Shown one piece after another: positions 36,809 to 49,195 of a stretch of 64,000 bases of DNA (position 1 is its first letter; the number at the start of each line of letters is the position of its first letter). Source of the DNA: Nemertoderma westbladi. Taxonomy: Eukaryota; Animalia; Xenacoelomorpha. A program made the translations under genes and the position numbers. The notes beneath the pieces were generated by a model that worked only from the letters and a program-made list of their open reading frames with translations, was not told the origin of the DNA and did not search any database. The DNA is taken from positions 1 through 64,000 of the forward strand of contig JAUCBJ010002774.1 in the NCBI GenBank assembly GCA_032718475.1. Reading direction: 5' to 3'.

Positions 36809-37142
36809 CCGTAACGGGAAAAATTGAATTTACGCAATGACTATCATTTATTTAAATAGTTTGTTAACTATGTTTTATAATTTGATGTAATAATGTTCAT
36901 TATAACTGTTGTTATCGAGAAGGTAAATAAAGTGTTTTATTTACTGTAAAATATGCAATTTTATTGGTAAATTTTAAATAACCTTGGTTCCCCCCGTTAA
37001 ACAACTATGAGTTACAGAGTCAGCGATAAATTAAATTATATAATTTTCAGTCTATCTTATATTAAGTCTGTATAATTTCGCGCTGTGCCATAAGGTCAGC
37101 GGTAAATTCGGTATATTTGATCATTTTTTTTCACCGATTTAG

Positions 37143-37249
37143 GCGGAGGCGATGGTCCCAGTGGGGTTCTTATCGGAGCGGAGAACTACATCACTTACAA
37201 AAACTTTGGCGACCAGCCAGATATCCGGATGCCAATACCTAGACGGCGG
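37143..37249 (+). CDS. SF3B3: SF3B3 coding exon 5 (not in the ORF track)
   Basis: TTTAG acceptor; GGGDGPSGVLIGAENYITYKNFGDQPDIRMPIPRRR; donor CGG|GTTAGT. 107 nt. Confidence 0.95.
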
Positions 37250-37295
37250 GTTAGTTTGTAGTTAAATACCTGGACGATGGATTAGTTTGTAGTTA
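37234..37295 (+). repeat. Two-copy 31-bp tandem duplication spanning the exon 5 donor
   Basis: AATACCTAGACGGCGG|GTTAGTTTGTAGTTA followed by AATACCTGGACGATGGATTAGTTTGTAGTTA (27/31 identical). Confidence 0.9.
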
Positions 37296-37440
37296 GATTC
37301 TTATTATACAAAATAGCTTGAAAGTCTCAAAAGTTCTTTACATTAAATTTATTTACCGTATACAGTTGCGCGTGATCCTATATTTTGACCACCACAAATA
37401 AAATGACGTCATCTATTTGATTTTTTTTTCTACCGTCCAG

Positions 37441-37537
37441 AATGATTTGGATGACCCCGACAGAGGAATGCTATTCGTTTCCTCGGCAACCCATAAAACC
37501 AAAGCCATGTTCTTTCTTCTGCTGCAAACTGAGCAAG
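37441..37537 (+). CDS. SF3B3: SF3B3 coding exon 6 (not in the ORF track)
   Basis: T-rich tract then CCAG acceptor; NDLDDPDRGMLFVSSATHKTKAMFFLLLQTEQ(G); donor AAG|GTTAGT. 97 nt. Confidence 0.95.
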
Positions 37538-38327
37538 GTTAGTTACATTATTGAGCTGCAAATTCAGTCTGGATTCTAAAATGTTTGATGGTTTGAGTTT
37601 TTGTTGAATCAAAATGATTTCGCCCTTGAAATAATTTATTATATTCCTGTAACACACGGCAGAGCCGAATATTTACACGAACGAGCGAAGCGAGTTGATT
37701 CTCGCAATGTTTTTCGCGAACTCTGATTGAATATTATAATATCTTATACGTTAAGAAGAAACTACTCTGGTCATTTTATGCCAATCACAATTAAGCTAAA
37801 TTATGAAAGTGAATAACGTAATAGTTAGTTACTTTAAGCAACAAGTTCTCATTAACTGCAAGCCGTTAATAAATATGGTGAGAGCTCAAGGGAATGCATG
37901 GATCACTTCACTATAGAGTCGCGTTCATAAATCGAGAAATTTATCGTAAAAAATTAATTATTCTTTGATAATTGCTACATTTATTAATATGATATTTACA
38001 CATCCCGCGCGAGCTTATACTTTATAAATACAAAAAATACACAAATTAGGAAATTCAAATTATATATCAGGAAGAAATATTAAGCCTACTTTACATTTGA
38101 TGGCACACAATGCAGAAATCCCTAGAGGTTAATAAATTAATTGTAATTAAATTAATGAAAATTTAAATCATAACCAATAATTGTGTACAAAAACAGACTT
38201 TTCAAAACTAAGTGCTCCTTTATAGTAAAACCCATAAAACCACAGGCTTTTACCATGGAATTGTATACAAGTTTCTCCATGGCAACTGCCAACGACTGGG
38301 GGACTGGTAGCCTTGACGACCACCGCA

Positions 38328-38630
38328 TTACGATGGAGATATGAAAATGTAGTAAAGCAATGAAACTACTAGAATGCAGTAACGGTTGCTGTGAGTCTGG
38401 AGTGTGGGTGCGGCGCTGGGTTTGTTACACAACGTCGTCGCGCAACAGTTAGCCGAACAGATGTCGGCGTCGCCTCCCCCGTCGCCTAGGAACGGACCGT
38501 GTCCTTTGTTTTGTTCCACGCAACTGGTAACCAAGGAACACGGCGCTGGGGGTAGAGATGATTTCTCGCAATTCATCACGCTGACCACAGTTATCTCCCC
38601 GTTGGAGTTGCGTGAACGCATTGTTTGTTC
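38328..38630 (-). CDS. Ly6/uPAR (three-finger)-like GPI-anchored protein, last exon
   Basis: TTTCAG acceptor; EQTMRS...NCEKS...CSLVTSC...ICSANCCATTLCN (CCxxxxCN hallmark), then KPSAAP and a hydrophobic tail YCILVVSLLYYIFISPS* consistent with a GPI signal. Confidence 0.72.
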   Translation of the reverse strand, partial: EQTMRSRNSNGEITVVSVMNCEKSSLPPAPCSLVTSCVEQNKGHGPFLGDGGGDADICSANCCATTLCNKPSAAPTLQTHSNRYCILVVSLLYYIFISPS

Positions 38631-39034
38631 CTGAAATATAAATAACAATCGGTTGACCGAATGATACTAGTTATTATTTCAAATTTTATATTGATTTACT
38701 AATCTGTTTTTAAGGTCTTTTAAAAATGCCCTGAAAGACGCTATAAATTTTGATATTTTCTTTATAATTTTTCGAGCATAAAATTATAAAACAGACGTAC
38801 AAATAAATTATCGAGATTTATATTGTGCAACACCGGCGTTCTTGGTAGCAATACCCCCACACACGTGTCTGATACGTTAGTGAACAAAGTATCTTCGCAA
38901 ATCACGGGAAGGTTTTCACACTACATAATCAATAACTCCTATTTAAACCTTGTTATAACAATAACACGGTATGGTCGAAGATTTCTTGTGCCACGTGGGA
39001 GGCCCCAACAAGGTGTCCGTATGCTTAAGTCTAC

Positions 39035-42000
39035 TTACACTACTCTACACTTCATATTAACTCACTAACCACTACACTACACTTCATTTTAACTCACTAA
39101 CCACTATACTACATTTCATATTAACTCACTAACCACTACACTACACTTCATATTAACTCACTAACCACTATACTACACTTCAGATTAACTCACTAACCAC
39201 TACATTACACTTCATATTAACTCACTAACCACTACACTACACTTCATATTAACTCACTAACCACTATACTACACTTCAGATTAACTCACTAACCACTACA
39301 TTACACTTCATATTAACTCACTAACCACTACACTACACTTCATATTAACTCACTAACCACTATACTACACTTCAGATTAACTCACTAACCACTACATTAC
39401 ACTTCATATTAACTCACTAACCACTACATTACACTTCATATTAACTCACTAACCACTACACTACACTTCATATTAACTCACTAACCACTATACTACACTT
39501 CAGATTAACTCACTAACCACTACATTACACTTCATATTAACTCACTAACCACTACACTACACTTCATATTAACTCACTAACCACTATACTACACTTCAGA
39601 TTAACTCACTAACCACTACATTACACTTCATATTAACTCACTAACCACTACACTACACATCATATTAACTCACTAACCACTATACTACACTTCAGATTAA
39701 CTCACTAACCACTACATTACACTTCATATTAACTCACTAACCACTACACTACACTTCATATTAACTCACTAACCACTATACTACACTTCAGATTAACTCA
39801 CTAACCACTACATTACACTTCATATTAACTCACTAACCACTACACTACACTTCATATTAACTCACTAACCACTATACTACACTTCAGATTAACTCACTAA
39901 CCACTACATTACACTTCATATTAACTCACTAACCACTACACTACACTTCATATTAACTCACTAACCACTACACTACACTTCATATTAACTCACTAACCAC
40001 TATACTGCACTTCATATTAACTCACTAACCACTAGACTACACATTATATTAACTCACTAACCACGACACTACACTTCATATTAACTCACTAACCACTACA
40101 CTACACTTCATATTAACTCACTAACCACTACACTACACTTCATATTAACTCACTAACCATTACACTACACATCAGATTAACTCACTAACCACTACACTAC
40201 ACATCATATTAACTCACTAACCACTACACTACACTTCATATTAACTCACTAACCACTACACTACACTTCATATTAACTCACTAACCACTATACTGCACTT
40301 CATATTAACTCACTAACCACTAGACTACACATTATATTAACTCACTAACCACGACACTACACTTCATATTAACTCACTAACCAATACACTATACTTCATA
40401 TTAACTCACTAACCACTACACTGCACTTCATATTAACTCACTAACCACTACACTAGACTTCATATTAACTCACTAACCACTACACTTCAGATTAACTCAC
40501 TAACCACTGCATTACACTTCATATTAACTCACTAACCACTACACTACATTTCATATTAACTCACTAACCACTACACTAGACTTCATATTAACTCACTAAC
40601 CACTACACTACACTTCATATTAACTACTAACCACTACACTACACTTCATATTAACTCACTAACCACTACAACACTACATTTCATACTAACTCTCTAACCA
40701 CTACACTACACTTCATATTAACTCACTAACCACGACACTACACTTCATATTAACTCACTAACCAATACACTATACTTCATATTAACTCACTAACCACTAC
40801 ACTGCACTTCATATTAACTCACTAACCACTACACTAGACTTCATATTAACTCACTAACCACTACACTTCAGATTAACTCACTAACCACTGCATTACACTT
40901 CATATTAACTCACTAACCACTACACTACATTTCATATTAACTCACTAACCACTACACTAGACTTCATATTAACTCACTAACCACTACACTACACTTCATA
41001 TTAACTACTAACCACTACACTAGACTTCATATTAACTCACTAACCACTACACTACACTTCATATTAACTCACTAACCACTACACTACACTTCATATTAAC
41101 TCACTAACCACTACACTGCACTTCATATTAACTCACTAACCACTACACTACACATCATATTAACTCCCTAACCATTACACTACACATCAGATTAACTCAC
41201 GAACCACTACACCACACAACATATTAACTCACTAACCACTACACTACACTTCATATTAACTCACTAACCACTACACTACACTTCATATTAACTCACTTAC
41301 CATTACACTACACATCAGATTAACTCACTAACCACTACACTACGCATCATATTAACTCACTAACCATTACACTACACATCAGATTAATTCACTAACCACT
41401 ACACTACATATCATATTAACTCACTAACCACTACACTACACTTCATATTAACTCACTAACCACTACACTACACTTCATATTAACTCACTAACCATTACAC
41501 TACACATCAGATTAACTCACTAACCACTACACTACACATCATATTAACTCACTAACCACTACACTAGACTTCATATTAACTCACTAACCACTACACCACA
41601 CTTCATATTAACTCACTAACCGTTACACTACACATCAAATTAACTCACTAACCACTACACTACACATCATATTAACTCACTAACCACTACACTACACTTC
41701 ATATTAACTCACTAACCACTACACTACACATCAGATTAACTCACTAACCACTACAACACTACACTTCATACTAACTCTCTAACCACTACACTACACTTCA
41801 TATTAACCCAATAACCACTACACTACACTTCATATTAACTCACTAACCACTACAACACTACACTTCATATTAACTCACTAACCATTACACTACACATCAG
41901 ATTAACTCACTAACCACTACACTACACATCATATTAACTCACTAACCACTACACTACACTTCATATTAACTCACTAACCACTACACTACACGTCATATTA

Positions 42001-43236
42001 ACTCACTAACCACTATACTGCACTTCATATTAACTCACTAACCACTAGACTACACATTATATTAACTCACTAACCACTACACTACACTTCATATTAACTC
42101 ACTAACCACTACAACACTACATTTCATACTAACTCTCTAACCACTACACTACACTTCATATTAACTCACTAACCACTACACTACACTTCATATTAACTCA
42201 CTAACCACTACAACACTACACTTCATATTAACTCACTAACCACTACACTACACATTATATTAACTCACTAACCAACCACTACACTGCACGTCATATTAAC
42301 TCACTAACCACTACACTACACTTCATATTAACTCACTAACCACTACATTACACTTCATATTAACTCACTAACCACTACAACACTACACTTCATACTAACT
42401 CTCTAACCACTACACTACACTTCATATTAACCCAATAACCACTACACTACACTTCATATTAACTCACTAACCACTACAACACTACACTTCATATTAACTC
42501 ACTAACCACTACACTACACATTATATTAACTCACTAACCACTACAACACTACACTTCATACTAACTCTGTAACCACTACACTACACTTCATATTAACTCA
42601 CTAACCAACCACTACACTACACTTCATATTAACTCACTAACCAACCACTACACTACACTTCATATTAACTAACCAACCACTACACTACACTTCATATTAA
42701 CTCACTAACAAACCACTACACTACACTTCATATTAACTCACTAACCAACCACTACACTACGCGTCATATTAACTCACTAACCACTACACTACACTTCATA
42801 TTAACTCACTAACCAACCACTACACTACACGTCATATTAACTCACTAACCACTACACTACACATTATATTAACTCACTAACCACTACACTACACTTCATA
42901 TTAACTCACTAACCACTACAACACTACACTTCATATTAACTCACTAACCACTACACTACACATTATATTAACTCACTAACCACTACACTACACTTCATAT
43001 TAACTCACTAACCACTACACTTCATATTAACTCACTAACCATTACACTACACTTCATATTAACTCACTAACCAACCACTACACTACACTTCATATTAACT
43101 CACTAACCACTACACTACACATTATATTAACTCACTAACCACTAGACTACACATTATATTAACTCACTAACCACTACACTACACATTATATTAACTCACT
43201 AACCACTAGACTACACATTATATTAACTCACTAACC
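39035..43236 (-). repeat. 32-bp satellite (TTAATATGAAGTGTAGTGTAGTG|GTTAGTGAG)n starting at the donor of the Ly6-like gene
   Basis: About 130 units of CTCACTAACCACTACACTACACTTCATATTAA on the + strand. The array edge coincides with ACG|GTTAGTGAG at 43236/43235. Confidence 0.95.
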
Positions 43237-43336
43237 GTACAATGACCACAGTCGTATTTAATTTCAAGTTCGTCAACATTTATTTCTTCTATATTTTCAT
43301 CGAGGAATTTGTATGTTCCTTTGTAGCAAGTTACCC
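43236..43336 (-). CDS. Ly6/uPAR-like gene, upstream exon (5' end uncertain)
   Basis: TTTTTCAG then (G)VTCYKGTYKFLDENIEEINVDELEIKYDCGHCT, donor ACG|GTTAGT. The phase-0 end joins exon 38630 in frame, and the V-T-C-Y start is typical of LU domains. The signal-peptide exon was not identified; the in-frame MPKLRPLLVISFS is an alternative start. Confidence 0.6.
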
Positions 43337-43935
43337 CTGAAAAAGAAATTACCAACAAAGGGCGTAACTTTGGCATTTCAATGTAATATAATAGAGTATT
43401 ATTTGACATTTCAATGTGATTGGATTGCTTGGCAGGTTGCATTTCAATATAAAATTGCAGTATGAAATATTTGAAGTATTTGACTTACATCATTATTACT
43501 TTATAATAATCGAATCGTCATTTTTTTACTCAATTACCTCATGTAGTTGTCCTCCACTGCCTGGGGACTATCCATTCAACGAACCTTGTATTGTTCTATG
43601 CTAAAGAGTTTAATCGGATTTTAGTAAAATAATTGTAATTTAATTATTTCGGAGGGGATGTTGTTAATGGACGATGTTTTGTGCTGAGGAAACTTTCCCA
43701 AAAGCATTAGGAACTGGCTGCATTGGCTCCACCCTGATGGCCGCACCTGCTACTGCGGATGTACGCCGGTATACGAGGCCCGTGTGATTTACGCTGTTTA
43801 TAACGGCTGCCGGTGGATCTTATGGGAATTAATCCGCAGTTTGATGGACTACATTTATAATCGATAACGATGTAATTCTCCTACCCCCACTCCACCCCTG
43901 GTACGAACTATATCTCATCCGTTCAATAATTTATT

Positions 43936-44180
43936 GGAAGGGATCTAGGGGTCTTATTTTCGAATGATAAGTTTATTTTACCGAAAATAACTTATCTTTT
44001 ATTGGCGCAATTGTAGGATTAATCCCATCACATGCGTACTTTTTAACAGGGTAGTGTACAAATTTAGGAATCGCGTAATTTTTATTGAAATTAATATCTC
44101 ATATCTCTCCAAACCACGTACGCGTTTCTTTTGCTTCACGTAAACTTATCATTCGAGGTTAAGACCCCTAGATCCCTTCC
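43936..44180. mobile_element. Small MITE with ~40-bp TIRs
   Basis: GGAAGGGATCTAGGGGTCTTATTTTCGAATGATAAGTTTA ... TAAACTTATCATTCGAGGTTAAGACCCCTAGATCCCTTCC. Confidence 0.8.
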
Positions 44181-45269
44181 TACATATAAATGTATAATAA
44201 CAAACACATCGAAAAACACAGCTTGTCAACACATTGTTACCGTTCAATAATAACTCATTCTGTCAGACCTGTGTGTATTTTTGCAACTTTTTCCATAAAA
44301 CATTGATACCCTCCCTATATGAACTCTTTGTAAATTGATTCGAATGCCAGTTTTTGTCATCATAAATGACGATGAAATTTGGTTGAAATTTGGCAGTAAA
44401 TTCATTTTCAACATAAATAGTTATTGTGAAAAGAAAAGCAGAATATCGATGCAGATACAGAAATCAGAGAATACTTATTAAATTTAACGTGTATTTTTGA
44501 AAAGTTTGAGAAAAATTCCGCTAATATAGCTCACATTTACTTTATGACATTATAGAAACCGACTTTGCCTCCCACAAACCCGATGATATAAAGTTGATTC
44601 AATTTATGGATGTCACAATTTTGTATTAATTAACTCTGTTTTTGGACGACCAAACGCCTTCTGTATTCTAGCCCAGGGCCAACCAGGCCTTAATCCGCCC
44701 CTGTAGGCTGTTCAAGTCATGGTGATGGTGTCAATACCATATTGTGAGTTATTTCACTGAAAAAAATACTTACATTTACCACACCAAATTAACAAGCGGC
44801 TCAATTAGAACCTTAATGATTGATTTAGTGAGTGTATGTGCTGTGCAGTACCTTGAATATAAAAGCTGGGTAATTGGTGCTCGAGATATTTAACAATACC
44901 TGCATTGTAGTTACATCTAGGATAAATAGTTAGTATCAATGCCATTTCTTTTGTCTACTATCACGAAAACCAATGATGTTACTGTCTGATGTTTTTTTCA
45001 CAATATCGCTTTGTCTCGCAACCATTATTTCGACGATTTCAGATCGAATGAGCATATTATTATTATTAATATTATTGCGGTATGTGCAGTGTCGCGCTAG
45101 ACATAAACCGTCTCGCCGAATTGGTATAATTGTGAGAGTCTTTAGCTCAGCTTACAGTTTAATTTTTAAACGTAATCAGCTGTTATTTGCGTCAATTTTC
45201 CTACTGGAGAGGGATACATTTTGACCACCACACACCGCCCACCTATCTGGAATGGCGTGGACGATTCAC

Positions 45270-46450
45270 CGTACTTAGTTCCAATTTAAGCCTCATGCGA
45301 ATTTAGTTCCAATGGAAACGAATTTAGTTTCAATTTTGGCGAACTTAGTTCCAATAACTAGAGAAAAACGAAAACGAATTTAGTTCCAATGGATGCGAAT
45401 TTAGTTCCAATGGAAGCGAATTTAGTTCCAATGCAAGCGAATTTAGTTCCAATGCAAGCGAATTTAGTTCCAATGGAAGCGAACTTAGTTCCAATGTTTC
45501 AGGTGTGGGGCGAGCCACGTAGTTGGCGAAGAATCTGTTTAAGGACACCATTAGGTGGATGGTTAAATAATAATTGTAAATAACTAACCCAAACAACGCC
45601 CAACCTCCTAACCAAAACAATTTAATTAGATTCATTTCTATTTAATCATTTAAAATTATATTCATTGTAAAAAACAACGCCAAAGGTCTTAACCCAAACT
45701 ACGCCCAACCTCCTAGCCCAAACAACTGGTAAATATTGTATTTGGTGTGAAAATGGCACAATGTGTATGACTTGAGTATATAATACTACAGACTCAGTCA
45801 GTCAGTATCAGTATACTCGTGATTAATATATATTTCAAAATGTGCAATTATACATTTTAATTCATTAAATGACAGAAGGGTTTTACAATTATTTACAATT
45901 ATTGTTGACCCTGACCCACCCCAAATAGTGGCAATACGCAATAGGCTTCGCCTACTACGTGGCTATCCCCACGATTGAAACATTGGAACAAAGTTCGTAC
46001 CCATTGGAACTAAATTCGCTTCCATTGGAACTAAATTCGCATGCATTGGAACTAAATTCGCTTGCATTGGAACTAAATTCGCATGCATTGGAACTAAATT
46101 CGCTTGCATTGGAACTAAATTCGCTTGCATTGGAACTAAATTCGCATGCATTGGAACTAAATTCGCTTGCTTTGGAACTAAATTCACATGCATTGGAACT
46201 AAATTCGCATGCATTGGAACTAAGTTCGCATCCATTTGGAACTAAATTCGCTTCCATTGGAACTAATTTCGCATCCATTGGAACTAAATTCGCATCCATT
46301 GGAACTAAGTTCGTTTTGATATTCCGGGATTGGAACTAAGTTCGCCTTGATTGGAACTAAGTTCGCTTTGTAAAATTTATTTTGGAACTAAATTCGTTTC
46401 AATTGGAACTAAGTTCGCATTTGAAAATGTGCGATTGGAAATAAGTTCGT
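45270..46450. mobile_element. Head-to-head pair of Helentron-like ends carrying inverted 21-bp tandem arrays
   Basis: (GCGAATTTAGTTCCAATGCAA)n at 45270-45497 followed by GTGGGGCGAGCCACGTAGTTGGCGAAG. Mirror image CTTCGCCTACTACGTGGCTATCCCCAC followed by (TTGCATTGGAACTAAATTCGC)n at 45946-46450. Confidence 0.7.
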
Positions 46451-48428
46451 TCTACCGCGTGGACTCACCTTCGCATAATTGAGGTGTTAAAATTCCGCAG
46501 AACAATATGATAATGTCATATAACGTGGCTCGATTCATCCTTGTAGAGAAATCTTTCACCCATAAATCGACGGTATTTGTCATATATAATTATGAAATTA
46601 AATTCATAAAATGAATTCGTGAAACAATTCAGAAATATAAACTATTTATTATGCACTAATGTAAATATACTACAACGCATGTAAACGTAACTGCAAACAA
46701 AACATCATAAAAGCAAATGAGACAGAGTTTAGGGTAATGACTAACTCAATGATTTTAATAAAAGCGTTAGATGGAGGTGTACTTTCTATTTACTATATTA
46801 TACTCAAAGGATATATCAATTCTCACGAGGTTTATCTATTGAGTAGAATGTTGCATTATTTATAAAGGGAGGTTGGTATTGCACTAGTTAATGATGAAAT
46901 TAATGTTTTAACACCCACCTTCTTTTGGTCTCCTGTGGGGGCGGCTTCCTTTTAAACTATTTATGTGCATTTTTATTTAAAGGTGATTTCAGTGTTGACA
47001 TATATAGACGTTGAAATCATGTTGAATTTAATTTGTGTCGGTTAGGATTGTTTATTTTAGTCTGTGTAATTAGACAGACAATAATTATTAGTGATGCAAA
47101 ATCAAACTGAAATTGAACTGAAATATAAATCAAACTTAAATTTAACTGAAACATGAATCAAACTGAAATTGATACCATAAATTGAAATTGATATTTAAGG
47201 GTGTCAACGCTACGCCGACAACACAGCTATGAACAATTAGTGTTAATTAACGTGAATTATCAATTGAGGGAAAGGTACAGGTAGCAGTGGTAGGCTATTC
47301 TAACCAAAACAATAAACGGGAATTAATCACACAGGTTACAGAATAGATCTTGTTCGTAATAAAAGTTGTTAGTTGTTATCTTTGGATGAAATGCTGTCCA
47401 ATTTTTGATGAAGGTAAATGTAAAAGCAGCGTAAATGTTACTTTTAAAAAGTAAATGTTTGATTGATACGATAGGGGCGCCATAGCAACCGTTATTGCAG
47501 CAATTATTTAATGGACCATAGTATCGATCGCTAATGGCTGTTGTGTAATATTTCTTTGTGTAAGCTTATAAACACTAATACACTGTGTGTATGTGTAATC
47601 GCGTCGCTCCTATCTTATATCTCTATCACGGGCCGGCTCAGTGCTGTGTTTATCCAGTAGGGACTGAAACCCACAACCACGGATAGTTTGCCTGAGTCGA
47701 GACCACCTGCCCCTTCTACCTGTATCCGATGGCATTGCGAGCGCGTTTTCCAGTCCATAATTCCAGGCAATAACTAAACATACCCATACCGTGTTGTCAC
47801 CGCACCGATGATACTGTCACCAGTTCTTTATCTTTACTCCCAGCTCGAATTCCTACATCTACTCTATACTGAAATTTCAAGTGGCTCGCCTTGTATTTGT
47901 CTATTCTGTGGTACATGTTGCCGTTATTGGTTCGCTTGCCCCCATTCCTTCTTGGCGTGTAAGTCTTATCTTAAGATCGTTTGTCGTACTAATGTCTCTC
48001 TCTGTTCTTCTTACTTTTGCGTGTATTTGTGTTTACTTTATAGTGAACAAATTATGTAATATTAAAATACTTTTTTTTCGGAAATTGAAATATTATATCA
48101 TTACGTGATACATGCTATGCCGAAATGTATGAGTCGATTTACTATATGAGACCGGTGAGATGGGATGGTTTTATGAGACCGGTGAGACACACATCACCAC
48201 TATTGGGCCTGTCAAGGCATATAAATCATTGTAAAGCTCATTTGTCTCGTCTTACTTTTCGGTAGAAACTAAAAGTAAGATTTTTCGCAAAAATATGGGA
48301 ATAGTTGTTGTGTCTTTTTGGACAAAATTTAATTTTCGATCCTTTAATGTTATACATAATATATTATGATTATACTAATCATGGCTCAGCATTAAAATAC
48401 CGAATCCTAAAATACGGGGATTCAAATT

Positions 48429-49195
48429 CTGAAACAAACACACTGGTAACAGAATACTGAAACAAACAGACTGGTAACAGAATACTGAAACAAACAGACT
48501 GGTATCAGAATACTGAAACAAACAGACTGGTATCAGAATACTGAAACAAACACACTGGTATCAGAATACTGAAACAAACAGACTGCTTCAGAATACTGAA
48601 ACAAACTTACTGTTATCAGAATACTGAAACAAACAAACTGGTATCAGAATACTGAAACAAACAGACTGCTTCAGAATACTGAAACAAACTTACTGTTATC
48701 AGAATACTGAAACAAACAAACTGGTATCAGAATACTGAAACAAACAGACTGCTGTCAGAATACTATACTGGAACAAACTTACTGTTATCAGAATACTGAA
48801 ACAAACACACTGGTATCAGAATACTGAAACAAACAGACTGCTATCAGAATACTGAAACAAACTTACTGTTATCAGAATACTGAAACAAACACACTGGTAT
48901 CAGAATACTGAAACAAACAAACTGGTATCAGAATACTGAAACAAACATAATGGTATCAGAATCCCTGAAACAAACACAATGATTTCAGAATATTGAAACA
49001 TACACGCCGATATCAGAATACTGAAACAAACACCCCAGTATCGAGTATCAAAATACTGAAACAAACTCACCGGTATCAGAACAGACTGGTATCAGAATAC
49101 TGAAACAAACACACTGCTATCAGAATACTGAAACAAAGGCACCTGTATCCTAATGCTGAGACAAACATCACACCGGTATCAGATTACTGATACAA
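48429..49195. repeat. 28-bp minisatellite (CAGAATACTGAAACAAACACACTGGTAT)n
   Basis: About 27 units, degenerating towards 49195. Confidence 0.92.

Noticed and set aside
43538-43600. 63-nt exon-like segment on the minus strand (TTTAG...GAG|GTAATT) as the Ly6 signal-peptide exon
   Set aside because: Stops in all three through-frames, and its ATG is out of phase with the next exon; at most a UTR exon.
46975-47020. Candidate SF3B3 exon 7 (TAAAG|GTGATTTC, G-D-F)
   Set aside because: Reads GDFSVDIYRR then stop; no match to the expected GDIFKxTL.
47560-48110. Possible solo LTR or small membrane-protein ORF (47881-48108)
   Set aside because: No second LTR, PBS, TSD or recognisable homology.
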